Below, piece by piece: positions 9,199 through 19,468 of a stretch of 64,000 nt of DNA. The first letter of the stretch is position 1; every line of letters starts with the position of its first letter. This stretch comes from an uncultured bacterium (lineage in GTDB: Bacteria; Krumholzibacteriota; Krumholzibacteriia; LZORAL124-64-63). Below the pieces are notes generated by a model that ran no database searches, was not told the DNA's origin, and worked only from the letters and a program-made list of their open reading frames with translations. The translations under genes were made by a program, and so were the position numbers. The stretch covers positions 256,001 through 320,000 of the forward strand of contig CAVSGO010000005.1 in assembly GCA_963727525.1 (NCBI GenBank), given 5' to 3'.

Positions 9199-10839
9199 AT
9201 GCGCATGCTGCCCCGCTGTGTCTGGATTTCCGGCTTCACCCTGCTACTCGGTGCTACCGCCGCCAGCGCCTGCACGAACTTCCTCGTCACCCGCGGAGCC
9301 TCGCAGGACGGCGAGGTGATGATCACCTACACGTGCGACGGCGAGTTCCACCCCACCCTCCAGCAGGTCCCTGCCGCCGACCACCAGCCTGGCGACGTGT
9401 ACGAGATCAAGGACTGGAGCGGACAGGTGCGTGCCACCATCCCGGAGATCGCCCACACCTACGCCGTGGTGGGCCTGATGAACGAACACCAGGTGACGAT
9501 CGGCGAGACCACCTTCGACGGGCGTCCGGAGCTGGTGAATCCCGAGGGGATGCTTCACTACTGGTTCCTGATGCGCCTGGCGCTCATGCGCGCGGCCACG
9601 GCGCGCGGGGCGGTGACGGTGATGGGCGATCTCGTGGCGCAGTATGGCTACCGCTCCACGGGCGAGAGCTTCTCCATCGGCGACCCGCAGGAAGCGTGGC
9701 TCATGGAGATGATCGGCCCGGGCCCCGGCGGCCAGGGTGCCCTCTGGGTGGCGCGGCGCGTGCCCGACGGCGCCGTGTGCGGCCACGCCAACATGTCGCG
9801 CATCCGCGAGTTTCCCACCGACGACCCGCAGAACTGCCTCTTCTCCCCCGGTGTGATCGACACGGCCGTCGCCCGCGGCTGGTGGAGCCCGCAGGCGAAG
9901 CGCCCCTTCAGTTTCAGCGAGGCTTACTGCCCCGTCACGCCGCAGACGCTGCGCTACACCGCGACGCGGGTCTGGAGCATGTTCCGCCGCGTCGCGCCGT
10001 CGCTCCAACTCTCCCCCGACTTCCATCGCGGCGTACCCGGCGCGCAGCCCTACCCCCTGTGGGTGAAACCCGATCACAAGCTCACCGTGAGCGATGTCTT
10101 CGCCGTCATGCGCGATCACTACGAGGGCACGTTCTACGATATGACGCAGGGTGTCGACGCCGGCCCCTTCGGCTGCCCCGTGCGCTCCCAGCCCATGGGC
10201 TGGGAGCTGGACGGCGAGAAGTACACGTGGGAACGGCCCATCTCCACGAAGAAGACCGGCTTCTCGTTCGTGTCCGAGTGCCGCGGCTGGCTGCCCGACG
10301 CGGTGGGCGGCCGCCACTGGTACGGGGTCGACGACACCTACACGACCTGCTACGTCCCGCTCTACTGCGGCATCGACGCGGTCCCCGTGGCCTACGCCAC
10401 CGGCAGCCTGCAGCACTTCTCGTGGGACAGCGCCTGGTGGGTGTTCAACTTCGTCGCCAACTACGCCAATCTCCGCTACCGCGACATGGTGCTGGATATC
10501 CGCGCCGTGCAGTCCGCCCTCGAGGGCGCGTGCCTCGCCGAGCTGCCGGCCGTGGAACAGACCGCCTGCGCGCTCGCGAAGAGCGATCCCGCGGCGATGA
10601 CGCGCTATCTCACGCAGTACTCCGTGCAAAAAGGTGCGGCGGTTGTCGCGCGCTGGCGGCAACTCGGAGAGGAGCTGCTCACGAAGTACAACGACGGCTA
10701 CGTGAAGGACGAGAACGGCCAGCCGCGCGAGCGGGGTTACCCCGAGGACTGGCGACGCGATGTGCGTGAACTGCGGCCCGACGCGTTCAAGCTGCCGTCC
10801 GCGCAACCCGACTCGCTGAAGACCGCGCTACCGTACTGA
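9199..10839 (+). CDS. Secreted C69-family dipeptidase (Ntn hydrolase)
   Basis: Signal peptide followed by nucleophile CTNFLVTRGAS; GETTFDGR; GESFSIGDPQEAW; RDHYEGT. Confidence 0.9.
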   Translation: MRMLPRCVWISGFTLLLGATAASACTNFLVTRGASQDGEVMITYTCDGEFHPTLQQVPAADHQPGDVYEIKDWSGQVRATIPEIAHTYAVVGLMNEHQVTIGETTFDGRPELVNPEGMLHYWFLMRLALMRAATARGAVTVMGDLVAQYGYRSTGESFSIGDPQEAWLMEMIGPGPGGQGALWVARRVPDGAVCGHANMSRIREFPTDDPQNCLFSPGVIDTAVARGWWSPQAKRPFSFSEAYCPVTPQTLRYTATRVWSMFRRVAPSLQLSPDFHRGVPGAQPYPLWVKPDHKLTVSDVFAVMRDHYEGTFYDMTQGVDAGPFGCPVRSQPMGWELDGEKYTWERPISTKKTGFSFVSECRGWLPDAVGGRHWYGVDDTYTTCYVPLYCGIDAVPVAYATGSLQHFSWDSAWWVFNFVANYANLRYRDMVLDIRAVQSALEGACLAELPAVEQTACALAKSDPAAMTRYLTQYSVQKGAAVVARWRQLGEELLTKYNDGYVKDENGQPRERGYPEDWRRDVRELRPDAFKLPSAQPDSLKTALPY

Positions 10840-11961
10840 GGCGCGGCGACCGATGAGATCGGTGTAGAGGTGCTCCATCCGCGTCAACATGCGGTCCTCG
10901 CCGAAAAGCGCGTGCGCGCGTGCCTGCCCCGCCTGGCCGAGGCGCACGCGCAGGGCCGCATCGTCGAGCAGGCGTTGGGTGGCAGCGGCCAGGGCGGCGC
11001 CGTCGCGGGGCGGCACCATGAGTCCGGTCTCTTCATCCACCACGATGTCGAGCACCCCGTCGCAGTTCGACGACACCGTCGGCAGCCCCATCGCCATCGC
11101 CTCGATCAACGCCAGCCCGAAGGCTTCGGCGCGCGACGGGAAGGCGAAGACATCCATCGCCTCCAGCATCTGGGGGATGTCCTGGCGGAAACCCGTCACG
11201 ACGAAGCGCTCGCGCAGCCCGTACGCGTCGATGCGCGCGAGGATGGCGTCGCCCTCCGCCTCCTCGCCGCGCGTGGGTTCGCCCACCACGAGGAACCGGG
11301 CGCGCGGTCGCGCGGCCGCCACCTCGCGGGCCATCTCGAGGAACTCGAGATGCCCCTTGTGGCGTGTCACGCGGCCGACGATGCCCACCACGAGATCATC
11401 GGGTGCCAGGCCCAGCTCGGCGCGCGTGCGCAGACGACGTTGCGGATCCGACACGAAGCGGCCGAGGTCCACGCCGTTGTGGATCACCGTCACCTTGTCG
11501 GGAGCGATCGGGTGCATGGCGATCACGTTCGTGCGGATCACCTCGCTGATCGCGATCACCGCATCGACGCGCCGGTACAGCCAGTGGTGCACCCACAGGC
11601 GCTTGGGGCGGATCACGCCCACGTGCTTGTGCAGCACCAGGGGCGTACGCCGGTGGCCGATCAGGGCAGGCACCAGGGTGAAGAGGTCGCGCGACCAGTC
11701 GGTGTGCACGAGATCCACACCCTCGCCGCGGACAACGGAACCCAGGCGTCGCGCCTGCCGCGGATGCACCTTGCTCCAGAGGTCGGCGGTCACGGGCAGG
11801 AAGCCCGCGGCCCGCAAGCGTTCCTCGGTGGTCGTACCCGGCGCGCAGACGGGGACGACGCGATGGCCCCGCGCCCGCAGGCTGGCGCTCGACTGGACCA
11901 TGCTCATCTCCATGCCGCCCCACGCGCGGCTCGTGCACACCTTCAGGATCGTCAGCGCCAT
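10828..11961 (-). CDS. Glycosyltransferase family 4 (GT-B)
   Basis: WGGMEM; VIHNGVDL; FPSRAEAFGLALIEAMAMG (E-x7-E). Confidence 0.92.
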   Translation of the reverse strand: MALTILKVCTSRAWGGMEMSMVQSSASLRARGHRVVPVCAPGTTTEERLRAAGFLPVTADLWSKVHPRQARRLGSVVRGEGVDLVHTDWSRDLFTLVPALIGHRRTPLVLHKHVGVIRPKRLWVHHWLYRRVDAVIAISEVIRTNVIAMHPIAPDKVTVIHNGVDLGRFVSDPQRRLRTRAELGLAPDDLVVGIVGRVTRHKGHLEFLEMAREVAAARPRARFLVVGEPTRGEEAEGDAILARIDAYGLRERFVVTGFRQDIPQMLEAMDVFAFPSRAEAFGLALIEAMAMGLPTVSSNCDGVLDIVVDEETGLMVPPRDGAALAAATQRLLDDAALRVRLGQAGQARAHALFGEDRMLTRMEHLYTDLIGRRASVR

Positions 11962-12163
11962 GCTCGTTACCCCTCGTCTCGCCGCAGCGGTGCCTGCCCG
12001 GCATGATGCACCGTCGGGGCCGCGACGGGCCAGAATTATCCAGAGCCGCACGAATATTTAGCCGGTAGCTCGGGTTTTCGATTCGCGGCGGTCTTGCGGT
12101 GCGCTACCCTCGCCTCAGTCCGGAGGCAAGCTGTCGCGGTATCGAGATGCGAGGTGATGAGCC

Positions 12164-12835
12164 ATGGCACAGTGGTGGCAAGAATTGACGCTCGAACTGC
12201 ACATCTTCTATGCGCTCGGCATCGCCAGCACCGTCATCCTCCTGATCCAGCTCTTCATGACGGTGATCGGGCTGGACCATGATGCGGCGTTCGACGGTGG
12301 TGTCGACGGTGGTGTCGACGGCGGGGCGTTCGACGGCGGTGTCGACGGCGGGGCGTTCGACGGCGGTGTCGACGGCGGGGCGTTCGACGGCGCCGGCCTG
12401 CACGATGCCTCGGCTGCCGAGCACAGCTCCGGCCTGCACGTGCTCTCCACCCGCACGATCGTGGCCTTCCTCGCCGGCTTCGGCTGGACCGGCGTGATCG
12501 CGCGCACCGGCGGCATCTCCACCGGCCTCTCGGCGCTTGCGGCCCTGGCCGTGGGCACGGTGCTCATGTTCATGGTGTACTGGCTGATGCGCGTGCTCTA
12601 CGGGCTGCGACAGAGCGGAAATGTCGACTACCGCAACGCCATTGGTCAGGTGGGCACGGTGTACGTGCGCATTCCGGCCGCGGGCGTGGGCACCGGCCAG
12701 ATCCAGGTTCTCGTGCAGGGGCGCCTGGCGACGGTCGCCGCGGTCACCGATGGCCCCGAGAACATCACGAGCGGACGCAAGGTCAAGGTGACCGCTCAGC
12801 TCAGCGAGAGCATCCTGAAGGTCGAGGCGCTCTGA
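12164..12835 (+). CDS. NfeD-like (YuaF/YqiJ-type) membrane protein with OB-fold
   Basis: N-terminal TM, acidic low-complexity loop, TM pair, C-terminal GQVGTVYVRIP...GQIQV OB fold; directly upstream of flotillin. Confidence 0.8.
   Translation: MAQWWQELTLELHIFYALGIASTVILLIQLFMTVIGLDHDAAFDGGVDGGVDGGAFDGGVDGGAFDGGVDGGAFDGAGLHDASAAEHSSGLHVLSTRTIVAFLAGFGWTGVIARTGGISTGLSALAALAVGTVLMFMVYWLMRVLYGLRQSGNVDYRNAIGQVGTVYVRIPAAGVGTGQIQVLVQGRLATVAAVTDGPENITSGRKVKVTAQLSESILKVEAL
12299..12391 (+). repeat. In-frame tandem repeat, three exact 27-bp copies plus a partial
   Basis: GGTGTCGACGGCGGGGCGTTCGACGGC at 12311, 12338 and 12365, preceded by a 12-bp partial; encodes (GVDGGAFDG)n. Confidence 0.95.
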
Positions 12836-12875
12836 ATCACGCCGGGCGGCGGGCCCGGCCAGCGGAGGGACAATC

Positions 12876-14282
12876 ATGTCGGGTTACTCGTTCCTGATCC
12901 TCATCGCCACCATCGTCCTGATCTTCTTCGTGACCATCGTCAGCTTTGCGGCGCGCTACAAGCGCTGCCCGTCGGACAAGATCCTCGTGGTCTTCGGCAA
13001 GATCTCCGGCAAGGGCCCCGCGGCGTCGGCCAAGTGCATCCACGGCGGCGCCACCTTCGTGTGGCCCGTACTGCAGGACTACGCGTTTCTCGACCTCACG
13101 CCCATCCCCATCGACATCAAGCTCGAGGGCGCCCTCTCGCTGCAGAACATCCGCGTCAACACCCCCTCCACGTTCACGGTGGGCATCGCGACCGACCAGG
13201 GCGTGATGCAGAATGCGGCCGAACGCCTGCTCGGCCTCACGATGCAGAACGTCCAGGACATTGCCCGCGACATCATCTTCGGCCAGATGCGTGTCGTGAT
13301 CGCGACCATGTCCATCGAGGACATCAACGCCGACCGCGAGCAGCTCATCGACAACATCACCAAGGGCGTGGAGAGCGAGCTGCAGAAGGTGGGTCTACGG
13401 CTGATCAACGTGAACATCCAGGACATCACCGACGAGTCGGGCTACATCGATGCCCTGGGCCGCGAGGCGGCCGCGCGCGCCATCAACGAGGCCAAGAAGA
13501 AGGTGGCCGAACAGGAGCGCGACGGCGAGATCGGCAAGGCCGAGGCCGAGCGCGAGCAGCGCATCAAGGTGGCGGCCGCGCATGCGTCGGCCGTGGAGGG
13601 CGAGAACGTGGCCAAGGTCACCGTCGCCAACTCCGACGCCGAGCGGCGCGAGCGCCAGGCCGAGGCCGAGCGGCGCGCCATGGCCGCCGAGAAGGTGCAG
13701 TCGGCGCAGGCCCTGCAGGAAGCGTACTCAGCCGAGGAGACGGCCGAACGCCAGCGCGCCAAGCGCGAGGAAGCCACGCAGGTCGCCAACATCATCGTGC
13801 CCGCGGAGATCGAGAAGCGCCGCGTGGAGACCATCGCCGAGGCCGAGGCCGAGCGCATCCGCCGCACCAAGCGCGGCGAGGCCGACGGCGTGCTCTCGAT
13901 GATGACGGCCGAGGCCGACGGTCTCAAGGCGATCCTCACCCGCAAGGCAGCCGGCTTCACCGACCTGGTGCGGGCCGCCGAGGACAAGGCCGAGCTGGCC
14001 GCCCTGCTGCTCATCACCGAGCAGCTTCCGAAGCTCGTCGAGGAGCAGGTGAAGGCCATCTCCAACCTGAAGATCGACCAGATCACCGTCTGGGAGAACG
14101 GGCGCAATGGCAACGGCCGCACGTCCACGGCCGACTTCCTTTCCGGCATGGTGGGTTCGCTGCCGCCACTGCATGAGCTCACGCGCAACGTCGGCATCGA
14201 TCTGCCCGCGTACCTCGGCAAGGTGAAGGACCTCAAGGACGTCGGTCCCGCGGCCCCGCCTGCCGGTGGGACGGATGCCTGA
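12876..14282 (+). CDS. Flotillin / SPFH-domain protein
   Basis: N-terminal TM; RYKRCPSDKILVVFGK; SPFH core; EA-rich flotillin coiled coil. Confidence 0.93.
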   Translation: MSGYSFLILIATIVLIFFVTIVSFAARYKRCPSDKILVVFGKISGKGPAASAKCIHGGATFVWPVLQDYAFLDLTPIPIDIKLEGALSLQNIRVNTPSTFTVGIATDQGVMQNAAERLLGLTMQNVQDIARDIIFGQMRVVIATMSIEDINADREQLIDNITKGVESELQKVGLRLINVNIQDITDESGYIDALGREAAARAINEAKKKVAEQERDGEIGKAEAEREQRIKVAAAHASAVEGENVAKVTVANSDAERRERQAEAERRAMAAEKVQSAQALQEAYSAEETAERQRAKREEATQVANIIVPAEIEKRRVETIAEAEAERIRRTKRGEADGVLSMMTAEADGLKAILTRKAAGFTDLVRAAEDKAELAALLLITEQLPKLVEEQVKAISNLKIDQITVWENGRNGNGRTSTADFLSGMVGSLPPLHELTRNVGIDLPAYLGKVKDLKDVGPAAPPAGGTDA

Positions 14283-15021
14283 CCACGTCGGAGCCGCGCA
14301 CGAGCGGGGATTCGCCATCCTCCACGCGCGCGGCCCCTGCCTCGTGGTCGCCAAGCCCGCCGGACTCCTCACCCAGGCGCCGGCGGGCGTCGACAGCCTC
14401 GAGACCCGCATCAAGCTCTGGCGCCATGCCACGGTCGGTGCCCCCAGGGACGGTTTCCTGGGTGTGGTCCATCGCCTCGATCGTCCCGCCACCGGCGCCA
14501 TGGTCTTCGCCTTCACGGTCCGCGCCACCCGTAATCTGAGCGGCCAGTTCGCACAGCGGACGGTGCGCAAGGAATACTGGGCGGCGGTGGAGGGCGTCGT
14601 CGACCCTCCGGCCGGCACCTGGACCGATCATCTGCGCAAGATCCCCGATCAGCCGAGGGCCGAGATCGTGCCGGCCGAACACCCGGACGCGCGCCACGCC
14701 GTCCTGCATTACCGGACGCTGGCCACCGCGCCCTGGGGTTCGTGGCTCGCGATCGCGCTCGCGACCGGCCGCACCCACCAGATCCGCGCCCAGGCCGCAA
14801 GCCGCGGCCACCCCGTCCTCGGCGACGATGCCTATGGCGCGACCACCGCGTTCGGCTCCGCCTACGACGACAAGCGATTGCAGGCCATCGCGTTGCACTC
14901 CAAAAGCCTCGACTTCGCCGACCCCGCGACCGGCGAGCCCGTGGCGGTGATCGCGCCAGTCGACACTCCCTGGAATGATCTCGGCCTGCCGGCCGCCAAT
15001 CTCCAGCCGCCACCCGCTTGA
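14275..15021 (+). CDS. RluA-family pseudouridine synthase
   Basis: KPAGLL; VHRLDRPATG (catalytic Asp); TGRTHQIR; HPVLGDDAYG. Confidence 0.92.
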   Translation: MPDHVGAAHERGFAILHARGPCLVVAKPAGLLTQAPAGVDSLETRIKLWRHATVGAPRDGFLGVVHRLDRPATGAMVFAFTVRATRNLSGQFAQRTVRKEYWAAVEGVVDPPAGTWTDHLRKIPDQPRAEIVPAEHPDARHAVLHYRTLATAPWGSWLAIALATGRTHQIRAQAASRGHPVLGDDAYGATTAFGSAYDDKRLQAIALHSKSLDFADPATGEPVAVIAPVDTPWNDLGLPAANLQPPPA

Positions 15022-15141
15022 CACCGTCCTCGCGAATCCCGGCCACGAGGACAACCCTCAATCGCTGCGCGAATGGTCCGACTATTGATCATCAGTATCC
15101 GGTCCCGGATATCCATGGCTTTTTGCGAAAGGCGGCCTGCC

Positions 15142-15807
15142 ATGCACTTGCGCCTCATCGCGTCCATCGCGCTCGCCCTGATCGTGCTGGCGCCGACCGC
15201 TTGGGCGGCCGACCTCGCGGTCGATCTCGACGCCGGCACCCGTGCCGGTTTCGGCGGCCAGGTCAGCGGCCTGCTCACCCAGTTCACCCCCGGCGCTCCG
15301 CTGGCGCTCCGTGCCGGTCTGGGCTACTTCTCGCACACACCGACGAATCCCTACGATGCGCGCCACGTGTTCATCAATGACAACACCAACGGCACGCCCG
15401 AGAAGACCGGCCATCTCTGGACCATGAACTTCGACCTGCTCGTGCCGGTCGGCCATTTCGGCATGCAGACCGTGACGCTCGTCACGGGCGTGCGGTACTC
15501 GCACTACACCGCCCACTTCCAGTACATCGGCGGCAACGAGAGCTTCGACGTGGTCGGCAACCCGTGGGGCGTGGGCCTGGGCCTGGAGACCGCGTTCCGC
15601 ACCGGCGACCATTCCGCATTCGTCCTGAAGGCGGGCGTCGATCACTACTTCGACGCCGAGCTGACAGGGCATGACACGACCTACGCGCCCGACGGCGTCG
15701 ACGTGAACCCGCGCGACGGCTACACGTACGACGACGCCAAGGCGGCCACGAATCCTCCCACCTACGAGATCGTGGGCATGATCGGCTGGCGCATGGGACT
15801 GAAGTGA
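15142..15807 (+). CDS. Putative outer-membrane beta-barrel protein
   Basis: Signal peptide; alternating amphipathic beta-strands with aromatic residues. Confidence 0.6.
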   Translation: MHLRLIASIALALIVLAPTAWAADLAVDLDAGTRAGFGGQVSGLLTQFTPGAPLALRAGLGYFSHTPTNPYDARHVFINDNTNGTPEKTGHLWTMNFDLLVPVGHFGMQTVTLVTGVRYSHYTAHFQYIGGNESFDVVGNPWGVGLGLETAFRTGDHSAFVLKAGVDHYFDAELTGHDTTYAPDGVDVNPRDGYTYDDAKAATNPPTYEIVGMIGWRMGLK

Positions 15808-15840
15808 TCGCGGGGAGCTCCCGCATCCCCGCAGCGCTCG

Positions 15841-15866
15841 CGAGGCCCCGGTAATCCGGGGCCTCG
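15841..15866 (+). terminator. Hairpin, probable terminator
   Basis: CGAGGCCCCGG-TAAT-CCGGGGCCTCG perfect 11-bp stem downstream of the stop at 15807; no U-tract. Confidence 0.5.
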
Positions 15867-16054
15867 TCGCCGAGCCACGCCGACAACGTCTTGTCCTGTC
15901 GTACCACGTTCCGTAAGACGTCGCCCACCCCGGGTGCCGGCGCGAGTCGAGCACCGCGCGCGGATGCGCGCTCGGATGCGATTTGACCTCGACGACCACC
16001 CTGGTTTACACTCTCGGACCCTCCGACCCTGACATTCGAGCAAGGGAGCGTACC

Positions 16055-18541
16055 ATGAATCACCGCGAACGCCTGTTCTGCCTCGTCCTGGCGGTCGCGC
16101 TCGCCGCGAGCGCGTCGGCCGCATCGTTCGACACGCTGACCGGCGAGCCCATCCCGGCCCCGTCGCGCGACGTCCCCGCCGTCATGCCGCCCCCGTTGCC
16201 CGCGGACGGGCTGCGCGACGGCCTCACCCTCATTGCCCACCTCGCCGAGGGCACGAGCAAGGAGGTGCGGGCGCTCGGCGGCAACTTCATCGTGTGGCAG
16301 AACGGGGCCTGGCTCGAGTTCTTCGACGTCAGCACGCCGGCTAGCCCCGTCCGCGTGGCGCGCTGGCTGCTGGCGGCGCAGCCGTCGGACATGACCGTCG
16401 TCGGCACCACGCTGTACGTGGCCCTGCGCAAGACCGAAGGTCTGCTGGCGCTCGACGTGAGCGACCCCACCGCCCCGACCCTGCTCGACCAGCTCACGGG
16501 GTACGACATGCTCTCGGTCTGTGTGGAAGGCACGTACGCGTATTGCGGCCTCGGGTCGACAGGAGTCGTCATCGTGGACGTGAGCGACGCCCACGCCATG
16601 TCGGCGCTCACGACCTTCGACACGCCCGGTTCCGCCAACGGCACCGCCATCGCCGGCAACACCCTCTACGTGGCGCAGGGCACGAGCGGTCTGGGTATCT
16701 ACGACGTGACGTTCCCGGCGGCGCCCGCGGCGCTGGGCTCCTACGCCACGGGAAGCTTCAATACCTTCGTGGCCGTGCAGAACGACGTGGCCTATCTCGC
16801 CGGCAACTTCGGACTCATCACCGTGAACGTGGCCATCCCCACCGTACCGACGCTGCTCGCGACCCTCGGCGTGGGCGACACCACGTACGAGATGGATTTG
16901 CACGGCGACGAGCTGTACCTCGCCGGCCTGAGCGGCGCCGTGCGCGTGGACATCAGCGATCCGGCGGCACCCGCGATCCTCGCGCAGTCGGCGGTGGCCG
17001 GCGGCCTTTCCGTGGCGGTGGTCGGCGACGCCGCGTTCCTCGCGGATCGCTTCATCGGCCTGCGCGCCTACGCTGCGCTGACGCTGGCACCGATCGGCGT
17101 GACGCGCAACGCTGGCTTCTCGAACCGCGTGCACCTCGTGGGGCCCTACCTGTACGTGGTAGATCTCGGCGGCGGCCTGCGCATCTGGGATATCACCGAT
17201 CCTGCCAACGCCACCATGCTGTCGGCCACGGACCTGCCTGCCAACAGCCAGGACGTGTTCGTGGACGGTGCGGTGGCCTATGTAGTGAACGCGAACAACA
17301 GCGGCGAGGGCCTGAAGGTTCTCGACGTGAGCGACCCCGCGGCGCCGACGTTGCTCGCCTCCTACAACACCCAGAACCAGGGCTATGGGCTCGACGTGCA
17401 GAACGACCGCGTCTACATCGCCAATGGTTTCGGCGGCCTCGACGTGGTCGACGTGTCCAACCCGACGGCACCCGCCGACCTGGGCGGCTTCGCCTTCGGC
17501 GCCAACGCGTTCGACACCAAGGTCGACGGTTCGGTGGCCTATATGGCACTTTTCGGTGGCGGTATGGCCAGCGTCGACGTGAGCGATCCCGGTTCCATCT
17601 CGCTGCTCGACCAGCAGATCGGCTGGGGCTTCCTCAACGCCCTCGACATCGCCGCGGGTTACGCGTGGGTGGCCGACGGCCAGTACGGCCTGCGCGTCGT
17701 CGACATCAGCGATCCGTCCAATCTGGTCACCCTGGGTACGGCCGGCATCTCCGGCCAGGCGCGTGACGTGGTGTGGAACGGCTACGTCTACGCCGGTGAC
17801 GATTTCTACGGCCTGCGCCAGTTCGACGTCACCGATCCCACGGCCCCCGTTCTGGCCGGCAGCTTCCCCAGTGCCGACCGCGGCATGGGCGTGGACGCGG
17901 CTGACGAGATCGTGGTGCTCGCCGCCGGCGAGGCCGGCGTGTACCTATTCCAGGGCCCGCCTCCCGTGGCCGCCGCCACCGGCATGCTCACGGCGCTGGT
18001 GAACCAGCAGGCGGTGTCGCTCACCATCAGCGGCAACACCGCCGCCGCTGGCGACCTCGTGGTCACACGCACGACGGACGACGCCACCGCGGCCCGCACC
18101 TGGACCGCCGCCGAGTTCGACGGCCTGCAGGTCGCCGGCAGCAGCGTGAGCGCCCACCTCGTCGACCACGATGCGGTCGGTTTCCCACGTACCTACACCC
18201 TGGCCCTGCACACCGCCGGTGGCGACATCGCGCTCGCCGAGACGCGCGTCACGGGCGGGCTGCCAACGGCGCTGCAGCTCACGGCCGCGCCCAACCCGTT
18301 CAATCCGCAGCTCACCGTCGCCTTCGCGCTACCGGCGCCGTCGCCGGTGACCGTGGCGATCTACGACGCCGCGGGCCGCCTGGTGCGCACCTTCGACCTC
18401 GGCCAGCGCCCGGCCGGCCCGGGTCAGGTTGTCTGGAACGGCCGCGACACGTCTGGACAGGCCTGCGCGAGCGGCGTCTATGCGCTGCGGCTCACGGCAG
18501 GCGACCGTGTCACGAGCCAGACGGTAACCCTGGTGAAGTGA
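16055..18541 (+). CDS. Secreted LVIVD-repeat beta-propeller protein with C-terminal FlgD-like domain
   Basis: Many YAYVA..G L.VVDVSDP.AP repeats; C-terminal APNPFNP...VWNGRDTSG...ASGVY...TLVK. Confidence 0.9.
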   Translation: MNHRERLFCLVLAVALAASASAASFDTLTGEPIPAPSRDVPAVMPPPLPADGLRDGLTLIAHLAEGTSKEVRALGGNFIVWQNGAWLEFFDVSTPASPVRVARWLLAAQPSDMTVVGTTLYVALRKTEGLLALDVSDPTAPTLLDQLTGYDMLSVCVEGTYAYCGLGSTGVVIVDVSDAHAMSALTTFDTPGSANGTAIAGNTLYVAQGTSGLGIYDVTFPAAPAALGSYATGSFNTFVAVQNDVAYLAGNFGLITVNVAIPTVPTLLATLGVGDTTYEMDLHGDELYLAGLSGAVRVDISDPAAPAILAQSAVAGGLSVAVVGDAAFLADRFIGLRAYAALTLAPIGVTRNAGFSNRVHLVGPYLYVVDLGGGLRIWDITDPANATMLSATDLPANSQDVFVDGAVAYVVNANNSGEGLKVLDVSDPAAPTLLASYNTQNQGYGLDVQNDRVYIANGFGGLDVVDVSNPTAPADLGGFAFGANAFDTKVDGSVAYMALFGGGMASVDVSDPGSISLLDQQIGWGFLNALDIAAGYAWVADGQYGLRVVDISDPSNLVTLGTAGISGQARDVVWNGYVYAGDDFYGLRQFDVTDPTAPVLAGSFPSADRGMGVDAADEIVVLAAGEAGVYLFQGPPPVAAATGMLTALVNQQAVSLTISGNTAAAGDLVVTRTTDDATAARTWTAAEFDGLQVAGSSVSAHLVDHDAVGFPRTYTLALHTAGGDIALAETRVTGGLPTALQLTAAPNPFNPQLTVAFALPAPSPVTVAIYDAAGRLVRTFDLGQRPAGPGQVVWNGRDTSGQACASGVYALRLTAGDRVTSQTVTLVK

Positions 18542-18552
18542 TTCCCCCTGAC

Positions 18553-18596
18553 AAACGGCGAGGCTCGCACCACTGCGGTGCGAGCCTCGCCCGTTT
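18553..18596. terminator. Bidirectional intrinsic terminator
   Basis: AAACGGCGAGGCTCGCACC-loop-GGTGCGAGCCTCGCCCGTTT between convergent genes. Confidence 0.75.
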
Positions 18597-18614
18597 CCGG
18601 CAACATGACAGCAA

Positions 18615-19229
18615 CTACTGGAAGAGAGCCTTCACCTGGCTCCAGCTCGTCGCCTCATCCGCGACGGTGCCCTGGTCGATCACGGCGTTGTCGACATACA
18701 TCGACGACAGGCTGCTCGGATCGGCGCCCGTGACGGCGGAGAGTTGCATCGTGAGGATGTCGGTGCCGCTGGGAGCCGTGAACGTCCCGGTGATCGTCGT
18801 CCAGTCGGCCGGGGAATACGGCCCGAGGACCGGGGTCTGTCCGATGACGCCCACGCCGCCCTGCTCGGCGAAGATCTGGACGAAGAACACGCCGCCGACG
18901 GCCACCTGGCCGACCTTCAGATCGACCGCGAAGTCGACGGGACCCGGTACGGCGTTGCCGATATCCGTCAACTGCTTCAGCGTCAGGTTGAGGGCCTGGC
19001 CATGGTTGTCCATGAACGCGCAATGGGTGCCAGGCGCGCCGATACCGTTGTCGCCGGCCAGGACGGAGATACTCGCATCCGGTCCTGCGCCATAGACGAG
19101 CCAGCCGGTGAGGTCTCCCATCTCGAATCCCGGGTTCACGAGCAGGTTGTCGGCGGCGGCAGCGCCGACAAACGCGACGGTCAGCGCGAGCAGAGCCGCG
19201 CCACGGATCACGATCTTCACGATAGACAT
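18615..19229 (-). CDS. Small secreted protein, CBM4/9-like fold, C-terminal SWSQVKALFQ tail
   Basis: AAGGAG RBS; signal peptide; NLLVNPGFEMGDLTGW start; YVDNA end typical of galactose-binding-like domains. Confidence 0.75.
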   Translation of the reverse strand: MSIVKIVIRGAALLALTVAFVGAAAADNLLVNPGFEMGDLTGWLVYGAGPDASISVLAGDNGIGAPGTHCAFMDNHGQALNLTLKQLTDIGNAVPGPVDFAVDLKVGQVAVGGVFFVQIFAEQGGVGVIGQTPVLGPYSPADWTTITGTFTAPSGTDILTMQLSAVTGADPSSLSSMYVDNAVIDQGTVADEATSWSQVKALFQ

Positions 19230-19468
19230 GGTCGAATCTCCTTTGTTGGATAGTGACTCCTGGGTTCGCCCGGGGATCATACACTATGTTCGGTTACCGA
19301 ACATAGTAAAAAAAGATGGAAATATCGGCCTTGAATTGGCAAACAACTGGCGAAAAAGATCGCCATGATATTCTCTATTGTGCGGGCTCCGTACAAAGTA
19401 TATGATCGCGAGGTCCTCGCGGCGGTCGCGACGACGATCGACCCCTCACCCCTCCCGGAGAGACCCTC

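Noticed and set aside
12299-12391. Possible CRISPR array
   Set aside because: Head-to-tail repeats with no unique spacers, in frame within a CDS; no cas genes in the window.
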